Shown here in pieces: positions 36,001 through 47,475 of a stretch of 64,000 bases of DNA. The position numbers were made by a program, and so were the translations under genes. Under the pieces are notes generated by a model, which was not told where the DNA came from, did no database searches, and saw nothing but the letters and a program-made list of their open reading frames with translations. The DNA is from Chlorokybus atmophyticus (Eukaryota > Plantae > Mesostigma and Chlorokybus algae), in contig RHPI01001037.1 in the NCBI GenBank assembly GCA_009103225.1, positions 1,732,551 to 1,796,550 on the forward strand. Direction: 5' to 3'. How positions within the stretch are numbered: the first letter of the stretch is position 1; each line of letters starts with the position of its first letter.

Positions 36001-38899
36001 GGGAGTCTGAGTCTGCACAGGTTGTCTCCGCCCTACTAGTAGTTGTTGTCTCAATTCCTGCATGCCAGACAAACCTCATCATTATGATAGGCCAGTTCAT
36101 GCTGGGTCAGAAGCGTTAACCCCTTGGTTCAACCACCAATATCCTGTACAGGCCTCGCACTGTGTCTGCCATCGGCGAGACTCCACAAGGGCTGCCTGCA
36201 CAGCAGCTTGTACCCTCTGCACCACATTGGTCTCCAACTGAGACACCTCTCTGCGGACAGTCTTCAACTCAGCCTGGCAAGCATCCCTCTCCGCTACCAA
36301 CGCAGCACGCGCTTTTCCCAGTTGCTCCACCTCTCTCCTCAGACACTACGGCCAGGCATGGAGGCAACATAGACTTGGATCAAATTGCAAACAACACTGT
36401 CAGCAATCGCATACAGCGCTCATTTGGATGCTAACATTCGTGTTTGAACTCTCGTCATTTGGCATTCTCAGCAATCACTCACTAGCACCACACTACATCG
36501 TGTGCATTCCTCTGACAGAATACCATACACAATCTTCTGCGCCTACATGTAAACATGACACATGGAGCAACGTGACACTGTCACAGCTATGCACGAAAAA
36601 GATGGTGTTATGTGTACAACGCGCATGCAAATATGAAGACATTGCAATCCAGCTTCACAACAGCTTATTCACCTCAAGTTGGCTAGCGACACGGCTCTGC
36701 GCATACGGTTTTACATAATCTGTACACAACAGCAATCCATATAAATCCACATTCATCCCGCCAAGACACACAGCAACCACTGTTAAGTGGACAGCAATAT
36801 GCACAAGGCATGTTTTTAAGGCTTATTTATCTCACAATTGTATCCACAAACACCTTATTTACTCGAGACTAAACAGCCGTGACTGCCCATTGCGCACACC
36901 TGCCGCGAGACCATGTGGAGTCTTCGGCGTCTTTGGTGGTGGTGGCCTGATGTTTGCCTGCATCCTCGACAAGGTGGATCCCATGTGTCGGCGATTGCCA
37001 TTATTGTCATAACGAGTGTGTGGATGCTGTGACAGCTGCTGACAAATCGCATGCTGCTTGTGGCGTTTGTTCATCTGCCATGACTGCGGAGGGATATTCT
37101 CCTGATCAGCCATGCCGTCATCTTCAGATTTGGACGTGCCGGGGTCATCTTCACCCTTCACAGCGGGATCAGTTCAGTAACAGCAAGACATACGACCATC
37201 AACGTGATGCTCACTGAACATAACATAAACTGCACCTGACCATCAGGACCCACCGCACCACCACCAGGCAGTCCAGGTGCATCCTGCCAAGGACACAATG
37301 TTGCCGCATCTTAAGCCATCTATGGCTTAAGAGACCAAGGTAGACATGCACAAACATGTACACCGACACAAACGGACCAAATGTGCAATGCAGCCCAATG
37401 CCAAAACATCACCTACATACATACCTTAGGGCAGGACTGAAGCACCAGGTCGTTGCCACGCCACCTCCAGACCTTGACACATGTCAATGCATACAAATAC
37501 ACACTGGTGACACACATTCTCGACTTCTGCAACCCACACTCCTCCTTGAGCTGCGTCACATAGCACTTATCCTCTGCCCGGCGCTTGGCGTCATTCTTCT
37601 GGGTGACATTTCGAGCAACCCTAGCAACCTCTATCTCAGCCAGCTTGCGGCCCTGCTCCTCCAGACGATCCGCTAGCGACACCTCGTCCGCCATCGCCGC
37701 CGCCCAACAACACAGACCGACTACACGCAACTGATCCCACGCATGTCGAATTTGAGAGCTTGAATGCGGCCACCATTGGGCAACGGTGCACGCACTGTTT
37801 TATAACGTTGCAACATCTTTTATCAGTTCAAGGACAGACATACATAGCGCTGCACAACGGCGATTCAAAACAGCTTCACACAACAAATACTACTAAAACT
37901 GCGCGCAACAGCACTGACCCGCAACCGTTAACACGCGTCGAACACATCGCCGACAACACTGATGGTCGACGGTGTGCCCGCCACGAACAGCGGTGCGGAT
38001 CAGCTGTGTTCACGCGCAGTTCATCAACTGACTACACCTACATACGTCGCCATATACGATCGCGACCGTCCGTCTGCTTCAATCCTGGGCGGCCGGGTTA
38101 AGCAAAAGCCGTCTAGCGATCCCACTGATCCAGATGAAAGAAGACGAACAGTTACGGCGGTTACAATATAATTGTAACCGCTTCAGGTATACCGGTTGTA
38201 ACTAAATTTTTATAAAAGTACCCAGCTAGCATTCTCAACTGGTCAGTCGAGAATGCAAGTCCTTTCCTTGCGGTTACCCTTGCTAGGGGCCGCCGTTCTA
38301 GCTGTCACGAACCATACCTTTCCTTGGTGTGTATGCTTCTTGCTTGAACCCATTTGCAATAGCGGTTGTCTTTGCTTCAAAGGTGTGAGTGCTGTGTGTT
38401 GTTGTCGTGAGCAAGGTACATGCTTGCTGAGAAGCGTGCTATTATCACATCGACACCGCAAACGCCCCAATACAACCCATACTACCAAGAGGCTGATATG
38501 TTCTCTCCACGCCAGTGACTTATTCGGTACGATGCATTACATGCTTACAGTATCATCGAGGAGTGCATACAGAGAGCATTAAAAGTGACTTGGCACCAAC
38601 TTCGAGTGATCCGTTCTGTGCTCATTCACGGGATCATCATGTTGTGAATGCATGACATGCATTGGTGTTTTCAATGCACGGGCTTTTACACATATCACTA
38701 AATTAATCGTTGTGCAACCATCTTGTCATTGTTGGCTATCGCGCACTTCGTCCTCATTACCATAGATCCTCATTACCATAGATATTAGGGGAGCTCGTTG
38801 TCCTGATCAGCATTTGATTTCACATTCAAGGCACGACCAAGTCCTACACACACAGTGTCACTCGGTGAGGGACATCCAATGCGAAGGGAGCACCAACTC

Positions 38900-39540
38900 T
38901 ACACATGCACAGTTATCCACGATCAGGAGGCCTTTGCGGGCCTTACATGTATGTACGAGAGCTATATCGCTATGCAGTTATAACAATGTAGAGGCTCTAT
39001 TCTGACCAGCTCCAGTCAGTGGCACTCTTGTGCCTTGAGAGTGGGTTGGTTTGCTACTGAATGTTGCTGCATCCGTGCTCGTTATAATACGAGCGACCCC
39101 ACACAGTGCGTCCCCTCCCCAAGCGCTGCGCTCGAGGGGGCTTCCTGCGCACCGGACACTATTGTTGCACGGCCCAAACTATGCGTTTCCAAATGAGGCC
39201 CACCCAGTCTCCAGGTTCATTTATATGGTACCAATGCGGCATCTGGCGACCATGGCGACGGAGGGGGGTCTAGTACAGAGAAGGAACAAAAACATTGTCG
39301 TCATTGCTATCATCCTCCTCCGGCGGCGTCCAGCCCACGGGGATGTCATAGCACCAAGGGTTTGCCTTTGCTACATAGGCAACGAGGCCCGTGCTCACGG
39401 CATAAAAGTCTACCTTGTTTGGCCACGTGTACCTCTTTACAAAGAGGTACAAATGGCATCGCCAGTTGGCATCGCCAATGCGCGCGTATCCGTTGCCACC
39501 ATCGCGGGCATGCCAACTCACATGCACAAGACTAAAGGCG
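38900..39540 (-). pseudogene. Degenerate coding-like remnant of unknown family
   Basis: Protein-like stretches in two frames (YLFVKRYTWPNKVDFYAVSTGLVAYVAKANPWCYDIPVGW; RQMPHWYHINEPGDWVGLIWKRIVWAVQQ) broken by stops. No recognised motif. Confidence 0.3.
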
Positions 39541-40895
39541 TGTAACCAAAGGCATTGTTTGACATCTTAGATGTTGTCATCTTAAATGGTGAGAGACAGG
39601 ACTTGAAAGCCATCATGAAGGTGGTTATTGAGCACCAGCCTACACGACAGCTACCAGCAGGACATGAACTTCCCTAGAAGGAAGCTACAACATACATGAG
39701 CTTGTAAGCAACACACATTGAACAACTACATTGCAACAGCAGACAACCAATACCACAACATGTACATAGGCATTCCAAGGATACAAAGATGCATAGCACT
39801 CACGCACTCACAGTAATAAACCAACAAAGCAAGCGATCATTTACCAATTGCGACGGGGGCAGTGGCTATACGCCTTGCATGCCACTACGTGCATGCAAGG
39901 CGGGCAAGTCAGAGCAGGTGGTGAGGTAGGACCAAGCTGCCAACCCAAGCATGCAGCTGGAGTATCACGATTTGAAGCCGGTTGAAAGACCGTACATGTA
40001 CTGTATGCAAGCCAATAGTCAACCAATTCCCGCGGTAATGGATTGGCAGGATCCACACCAACTTTAAAATGATGTAGCACACAAGTAAATGGTAAGTTTT
40101 GTCAGTATGGCATAATTGTCAATTAGATTTTATGTACCAATCTTCTCTCTCAATTGTTATGCTCGGATTGGTTGGCTACTCCTAGCCTTTTCGTACTGCT
40201 TTAGCTATGCCATGCAATGCAGCATTTCACGTTGTGGGATACATAATTGTGCACAACTTGGTGCCCACACCGTCTTAACACACTACATGAACGGCTTACA
40301 CACTCCTGGCAACTAATTCAGTTGGACGTTGATGTATCATAGATGCGAATGTACTATGTGATGTGGAATTTTGCGTGAAGATCAATGGGACTACTAGCAG
40401 CATGCACATAGTGCATAGCAACTAACTGGACATGTCACATGCTTAGCACATGGCAGACACAGACACCAACACAATTTCACACAACCACTAGGCTAAGTAC
40501 TTACGCACGCTAGTATACTATCTCGCCTACTACTTCTGTCGCCCAAACCCCGTGCAATAAAATTATGCATATCCGTCAGCATGGTCCTCTACCTTTACCA
40601 AGCACGAGTATGTGCCAGTTGGCAGTATTGTGCGATTACCCATGTGTATACAGTGACACTCGTCACAACAAGGAACAAGCCAGAAGTTGCTATTATATCA
40701 CAATTCTATCCCAAAGCAGTGTGTGCATACTACTGTGAGACTGGAGGAGGAATGCTCCACCAGTAGTAGCGCAAAGAATGCAGCATGGTATTTCTCCCAA
40801 GAACGCACCTAGTGTGCGCAGGAGCCTACGCTCTTTTACAATATGTGCATACGCTGCTATTATACAAGCCATTGTGGCCGCCAGCAGACTTGCGG

Positions 40896-43800
40896 CTATT
40901 CTTCCCCAAATGTTTGTGGCTCGCTGCTCGCAAACAGATTCCAGACCAATGTGCCAATGGCGTAACATGTAATGCAGGGCAGGAAAAGCGCGAGCTGCCA
41001 AACCATGAAAGCAGTTGTTAGTCAAACACCAATGCAACAAGGTTGTTAGACAATGCACTTACCGTCCATGAGTGTGTTTTATCCAGCATGTAGCCAGTGA
41101 ACGCTACGCCCACAACTCCAGGCAGAGCACCAGCAGTGTTTGTCAACCCCTGCGCGTGTATGAATTGACTATGGTATTGACATGTGCCGCACGCATAAGA
41201 GCACACGCGCATCCAGAGACTGTATGTTCGCATAGTTATTTAAGTTCGAACATGCAGGTGCATGCATATGCATAAGTTGACATATACAAACACCCATGTG
41301 TGGAACATGTAACAGCAGCAGAATGTGAGTTGTGCAACACATGCATGTCAGCTAAAGCTGAGTACTCACCACCAATATGCTTGCGTATTTTGGGGAGATG
41401 TCTTGATGGGTACAGAACAGGCCTGCAAAACACCAATTGGTTATTTCCTTTGCCCATCACAGCGACTTGTTGTGACTCCTGAGCAAAGGCGGTTCAATCT
41501 CCCGCAGTCTAAATCCCTTTCTCACCAGCTAATGCAAAGGATGAGAAGGCCACGCCGGTCGTGAGCACGCCAACAACAGTCATTGGCGACAGGTCCGGCG
41601 CATAGGCAGCTATTGCCATGCAGGTCGCGGGCGCAACAAAGGCGATTGTTTGACACAACTTGCGCACCTGCCCACAATCGCGAACAACATGACATTGTAA
41701 TGGACCTAATATTGCTCATGCACACTCAAGAGCAACACAGCATGGTTGCAACGCAGCAATAACGTAGCGCCTACGATGATTACCTTCGTGGTATCTGTGC
41801 CCCTGGCAATCAGCCCATCTGCTATGGATGCAGCCACCGTTGCCATGCAAACGGACCCGAGCGGGGGAAGAATAGAGTACTGCCATGAGAACATTTTGGT
41901 ATAGTGGAAGCAACAAGGAAGGATGTAGCAGTGTGTGTCATGTTTGTGTGCTTGCAAGTCAGGTTGATGAAGCACCATGCAGCCCGGACAATCATAGTGT
42001 AGTGTTGAGTCGCTCACCAAGGCTGCACCCGTGAGGTCGAGATGTAGCTCCTCAGTAAAATATGTCGGCAGCCAAGAAAGCAGGACGAAATGGCCCCAAT
42101 TGCCACAAAAGTGAGCGGTGACCATGGCCCAAACCTGCGTCACAGACAAGTTATGCAGTCAGAGAGAGAGCTTGCATTAGGGCATGCAAGAGAGCGAGTG
42201 CGCACCGCTGGCTCCTTCAAGATGTTGCGCCAGGGCACTTGATGCGGCGGCGGTGGCTTCTCCACCTCTGGGGCAGCCTGCTCTCCGGATCCAGCTGTGA
42301 CGAATGGAAAAAGTGAGTTGTGTGAAACTGAGTGCGTACGCACGCCTGCTCCTGGCAGTGCAAAGACCACAACACTCTTCACCGCGCATGCTTTACTAAG
42401 CTTAGTATCACAACTGCAGGTGTGCCTGATAACAGCTATGAGTGAGTGAACTGCACAGTCTTCGCATAAACAGCTGATGTTGGAAGCTATCGCTGTTGGA
42501 AGCTATCGCACACACTGCATCGCACACTGTATTAACTGCAATTATGCACTGTGCCATGCAGTGATTCAATTTGCACCAGTGTGTAAGGCAAGCTGCACAC
42601 CGCAAGGATTGCAAGCTATGCATTGTCATGTGGGACACATCTTGCATACCACTCATACATGTCGACATACCACATAAGACAAATATGCTGCTGGTACTGG
42701 TACAGCTGGATGAATATGAATAATTAACACGTACTGGTCTGGAAGCCGATTGCCAAAATCTTCCCTGCGGCCTTATCGGGCACAAGATTCCCCACGCGTC
42801 CTACAGTAGACTGCGTTTCCAAATTTTCAGGGCCAACCATCCAGTCCCAGGCCAGCGACCTGCAGTCATTGTATGTGGCGTCTTAAGACATGCTGATGAC
42901 ACCGCCACCACCAGCATCCACAGCATCGTCGCAATCCTCGCGAGTGCATGTTGACAGGATTGCTGGCATATCATACCATGCAATGCCAAGGAAAGCGAAG
43001 CCGTAGAAGACAGATTCCCAGCCGAACAGCTCTATGCAAGCGGGAGCAATAAGCAGCCTGCCAGTAAGTGACAGTGGTTATCATTCAATGCCTAAGAAAG
43101 CTATGTAAGTCATGAACTATGTGCCACACCAATGCAACAACGCAATCAGACCATGCCATACTGATTGTCTCCTACTCACCCAACCACTGAGCCTACATTC
43201 AGTCCACTAAAGGTGGCTGTGGTCGCCCGCGACCGCTCCGAGTTTGGAACGGACCTGTTGGAATGCCACACATGTCGCTGTTACATGACATAAGGCCCTC
43301 ACTTACGAGCTTAAGCAGACGCGCATAGATACGAGCTCACACACCCATGCATGCAAACAGTCACTAACTTTGCAATGATGTCGATCGCCGACGGTGGGCT
43401 GACCCCTTCCCCCAAGCCAACAAGCACTCTTGACAAGCACAACAACGGGATGGCCGTGACAACGAGGGGCACCATACCGGTTGCTAACGACCACGCCAGC
43501 ACGCCTGCGCGGAGGACATTGCTGCATCCAATACCACATGTCATTACCAACATTACAAAGTAACCTAAACAAGTTTTCGTGCCATTACTCACCGCCCTGA
43601 GTATGATGAAGCGAGCCAGCCGCCAGGCAACTGGCTAAGCGCATAACCCCAAAAGAATGAAGACTGCAATACAACATGTGGATGGTCAACACTACAGTAA
43701 GTAGCAAGCAAGATGGCCTCCCGTACAACTGTCAGTGTTCTTGGGATTTAACGGATGGCAGCACATATGTGCTGTGTCCGAGCATGCGTGTCTTAATGTG

Positions 43801-44962
43801 AGGGGTCAGAAGCATTGGTTGCTACCAAAGACGTGGTGCCCCAAGCTTTGCGTACCTGGACAAGCCCCGCTGTAGAGGCACTCCAATGGAACTGATGGGA
43901 AATCGGAATGATTGCTACACTCATGTTGACCTGCAGTAAAAATTGGGACCAAATAAACAACTGGCAGGAGCATGCAATCGTACATGTGAGACTGTGTTAC
44001 TGGCAGAAGCTCGAAAGAGACCAATGCACAATCAACTGCCCGGTGTGGACTCAGTTTTTTCTTTGTGCAACTGTCATTTAAGTGGAGCTGCTTAGAAATG
44101 AACCCCATCTTGCAGGGTTGGCTAGTGTGCGTGTGTCCAACACGTGATGCAATTTGCTTGACAATTGTCACTGCTGGAACCATTGTAGCAACATCTCTTC
44201 TAGGTAGTGCACATTGTGCTGTAGTGCACACATGTTGACTCCCGTGAGGCATGTGCCGAAGTAACTTATCCAAATGTATACAGCCGCCCAACGCACAAGA
44301 CTGCATTGCTGCAACAGTCGATAGACCCGATGACCAGCCAAGACCTATGCGAGCTGAGGCACTATCACCTCACCAATGGGCTGTGATAACAGGCTGCATT
44401 TTGACCTACAGTGTTGTGGAAATCTTAGTAAGTTAGTTGTTCACAATCTGTATGGTTATTAAAGCGACTTCAGCTGGGCACGTACTTTGTCCATGTTGCA
44501 AATGCAGAACGCCAGCGACGTAGCAGCGACGACACGATACCGAGCGGGGATCCGAAACCCTAATCTGGCCAGACCGGTGGCAGGAGTGTCAGCATCCTGC
44601 TCGGGAGACGGCCCAGGCTCCTGCTCCGGGGGGTCAGGCCTGCTGCCATTGTGGTGGTGATGGTGGCGATGGTGGCGATCGTCGGCTACGTCGACGGAAG
44701 TGGCTGGCCTAGGCGGCGAATCGACCACCGCCGCCGCCGGCTGCGCCCTGCCACTCCTGCTGCCGAGGCGGCAAGACACTGGCCTGCGCCTGTGAACCAC
44801 TGCAGCACCCCCAACCCTGCCCCAGTTGCTGATCCCCCCGGACACCAGACCCCTCTTGCCAGAAGCTTTCAGCCGGCGTCCCAGCTGACGCTTCAAGGCA
44901 AGATTTGCCAACGACGTCGACACCCCGGCCACGCCCGCCATGCTCACCGCCGTCCCCGCCAT
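40896..44962 (-). CDS. PHT4;5: PHT4/ANTR family MFS anion (phosphate) transporter, PHT4;5/ANTR6-like, plastid-targeted (multi-exon)
   Basis: Exons encode ICNMDK|VNMSVAIIPISHQFHWSASTAGLVQ|SSFFWGYALSQLPGGWLA, VGLGEGVSPPSA, VWAMVTAHFCGNWGHFVLLSWLPTYF, ILPPL, CTHQDISPKYASIL, GLTNTAGALPGVVGVAFTGY and LALFLPCITCYAIGTLVWNLFASSEPQTFGEE-stop (TAG 40896-40898). Long Arg/Ser/Ala-rich N-terminus. Confidence 0.92.
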
Positions 44963-47475
44963 TGCCGCCGCCGCCGCCGCTAAACCGACACAGTCTAAAG
45001 CCAACGGCGTGTTTCTGGAATTGATATTGATCACTAACTTTTCCTACTTGGCAGTCGGCTGGCTGGTCACCTGCCACCTCGGCAAATGGCGCGAGATACA
45101 GTATCTCAGATACGCCCTCGGATATGTCGGACGTCCATTACTTTGCAATCAAGGTGCCCCAAATCAGGTGCTACACAAAATCAAGTCATGACTCATAACC
45201 ACCAGGAGCTGTAACAACACCCGTGCAGTTGGGGAAGCCTGGTGCACTGATCCTCAAGCCTGGACCCTACTGTCATGACTTGCGTATTCCAGCATTCGGG
45301 TTGCTATATGCCTATTGACGGTGGAGTTGGCGGCGCGTTACGTGGCGCGGTGTGGCAGCGGCACGTTAAGTCTGACGATGCCAGGGTGCATTGATTGACA
45401 GTCAGTAGCGGCTCAATGGCCGGCACGCAGGACCTAGAATTTCTAGGTTCGAACAAAACTGAAACCAAACAAGCCCTTCCTGAGTGCTACATCCGGATCA
45501 ACAACCACTAGTTGTACAGACTGCGAGCATAATGCCTTCATGTGAATTTTCTTTATGAAACTCGCCTGACTCAGCCTGAGAGTCAAAGTTGTGGAAAGGG
45601 CCTGAGAGTCATAGACCCTTTCCAACACTTCTACAGCTCAACATGTTCACAGTTGCGTGTAGTGATTGATTGTAGATGTGTTGACGAAAGCTTGCAGACG
45701 TATTATCACTTGAGGCCATCTGCTTGCGCGATTTCATTTCGTCCATCGACAATGCAATATTGATATGTTTTGGTTTTCGCACAAGGGTAATAAATGTGTA
45801 CCAATAACTTACATACGTCTTCTTCTTGAGTTATATACGCGTAAGCTCTTACCAATGCACACATATGTAACACATAATAACTGCGTGTAATGGACGATAA
45901 ATAGGGAGTGCAAGTATACATAATCAAAACGAGCATGGATCCAAGCAAGCACAAGCATGACATCCAATGAAGCCTAAGATATAGCTCATCACGGCAACGT
46001 GGATAATGATAAGTTTAAATTGCATGCCGCATGATGTATATGTCAAACATAACAACAGTCATAGCTATGCGACATTGCAATACGCGCTTGATTACGACGA
46101 TGTACATAAATCTCAAACACTATTCTAGACATGCAGCGAATGCCTTCCACACATTGATTATGTCTAACGATAGCATGCATGGCAACTCACCACCATACAT
46201 GCACAACTCGAAACCTATTTGCAGCCGATTTTACCATTTGCAGCCGTTCGTAACAAACCCTACAAGATGGGCGAAGCCACACTGAGCAGTTGCCCACAAG
46301 GCAACTTGCTCAGTCGCCTTTGCGTTCAGGTGCGCGAGGTTGGGGATGTTGCTGTGAGGGGTGGGCTGCACAAGTAGCAAGCTCGCCCACTTATGGTGAT
46401 ATCTTGCATGTTGTTTTAACTATAGGGGCTTGGGCCAGCCCGTGTTACTGTTACTGGTGCCTGTAAATGTGCATGCTTACGCACAGTGAAATGCAAATTT
46501 TGTGATGTTATACATACCTCAAGCTGATCACAGCAATCACCGGGCAACTCTACTCGATCTACGGCCTAACTAATTAACCAACTACCCCACCCTACTAGAC
46601 ATGCATGCATGCAATTGCCAACTGCATCACCTGTAGCACGGCTATTGGTGTGCGGGCCATCCTTGCAGCAAGGTCCATAGCAGCAAACTCCACCTCCGCT
46701 CGCCTACTGCCGCATTGCCAACTGTGCTTGAGTAACATTGTGCACACTATTTGTGCTAATACATCACGTCTTTTGCTGTAAGGTGTAACTGGCATGTGGT
46801 TATTTTCATCTCTTAGCTGAAGACATTGGGCACAAATGCTTGCACTATGTCAATTGCTTTTGTTCATTATGTCGTAACATGGCCCCTTGACCATTACGGT
46901 AACAGATTGACCACACCGTTGAAACAATGGCCTCGCACCGGGGGGAAGGGGGGGGGGGGTNATTGACCACACCGTTGAAACAATGGCCTCGCACCGGGGG
47001 GAGGGGGGGGGGGGGGACCACATCCTACTCCACATATAATGTACACATGCACGTAGGTACCTCCCCAATACACATGCACTGATCACATCCACACCATTAT
47101 GTCGTGAAGCTGGTTGTGTTGCATTGCTAGGCCCTGTTTCCAGCGCTATGACATTTGGTGGGTAACTGGTGACTGCCTTCTGCGTGCCTTGACCACACGG
47201 CAATCTATAGCCTCATTTAATCTATAAGGCAGCTGCCAATTGTTGTGCGCACTTTCACTCATAGCATGTGCGAAGGCGTGATTTGGCAACAAAACTTCAG
47301 ACACGCAACAAATGGCGCCTTTAGCTCTCATGCCTCTTCTGATATGCAATCACATCTTTACCACTTTTCGCCAAGCAGACAATGACTATGTCAGCGATTG
47401 CTGACTTGTGCTGTGACGTCAGACAGAAGAAGGTAGCGTTGCAATTGGCTGAGCAGTTGACATCTGCCTGGCTGC

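Larger units (their letters stand above)
30699..37694 (-). pseudogene. Academ transposase gene: N-terminal coiled coil (spliced) + transposase core + XPG/PIN nuclease + Cys-rich (CXC-like) finger; multiple stops/frameshifts and a TRIM insertion
   Basis: Transposase-core motifs: LMQFLNRLGVAVS, ASVDNLDI...GDIHAT, WLVPLPGDFHVLMN, WDLRMASCKRLSPLSFAWDRFHY, LVALDEAHE, EHPWALFEELMGKMRSGDKAKF. XPG-like motifs: HIVFD, HGEADSRVWVHA, YSPDTDV, YATTGCDYTSFVGGISK. Finger: CGCKHGCAITRCKCQKLGHACT, then an acidic tail. Coiled-coil ORF 35548-35907 is in frame with ORF 35041-35493 across one TAG. Upstream exons begin MADEVSLADRLEEQ at 37694. Confidence 0.88.
25362..38115 (-). mobile_element. AcademX-like DNA transposon (~12.8 kb, decayed) with cargo genes; termini tentative
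   Basis: The internal gene has the transposase + XPG + Cys-finger layout of AcademX. Candidate ends are TAGA (25362) and TCTA (38115), flanked by a GCGA direct repeat (25358-25361, 38116-38119). A 13-bp motif GCTTAACCCGGCC is inverted between the ends (25392-25404, 38091-38103). Confidence is high for the family and only moderate for the exact ends. Confidence 0.75.

Noticed and set aside
44555-44563. Telo-box motif
   Set aside because: Lies in PHT4 coding sequence (Leu-Gly-Phe codons).
46906-47016. 55-bp tandem duplicate with poly-G
   Set aside because: The two copies are separated by a single N, typical of an unmerged contig overlap.
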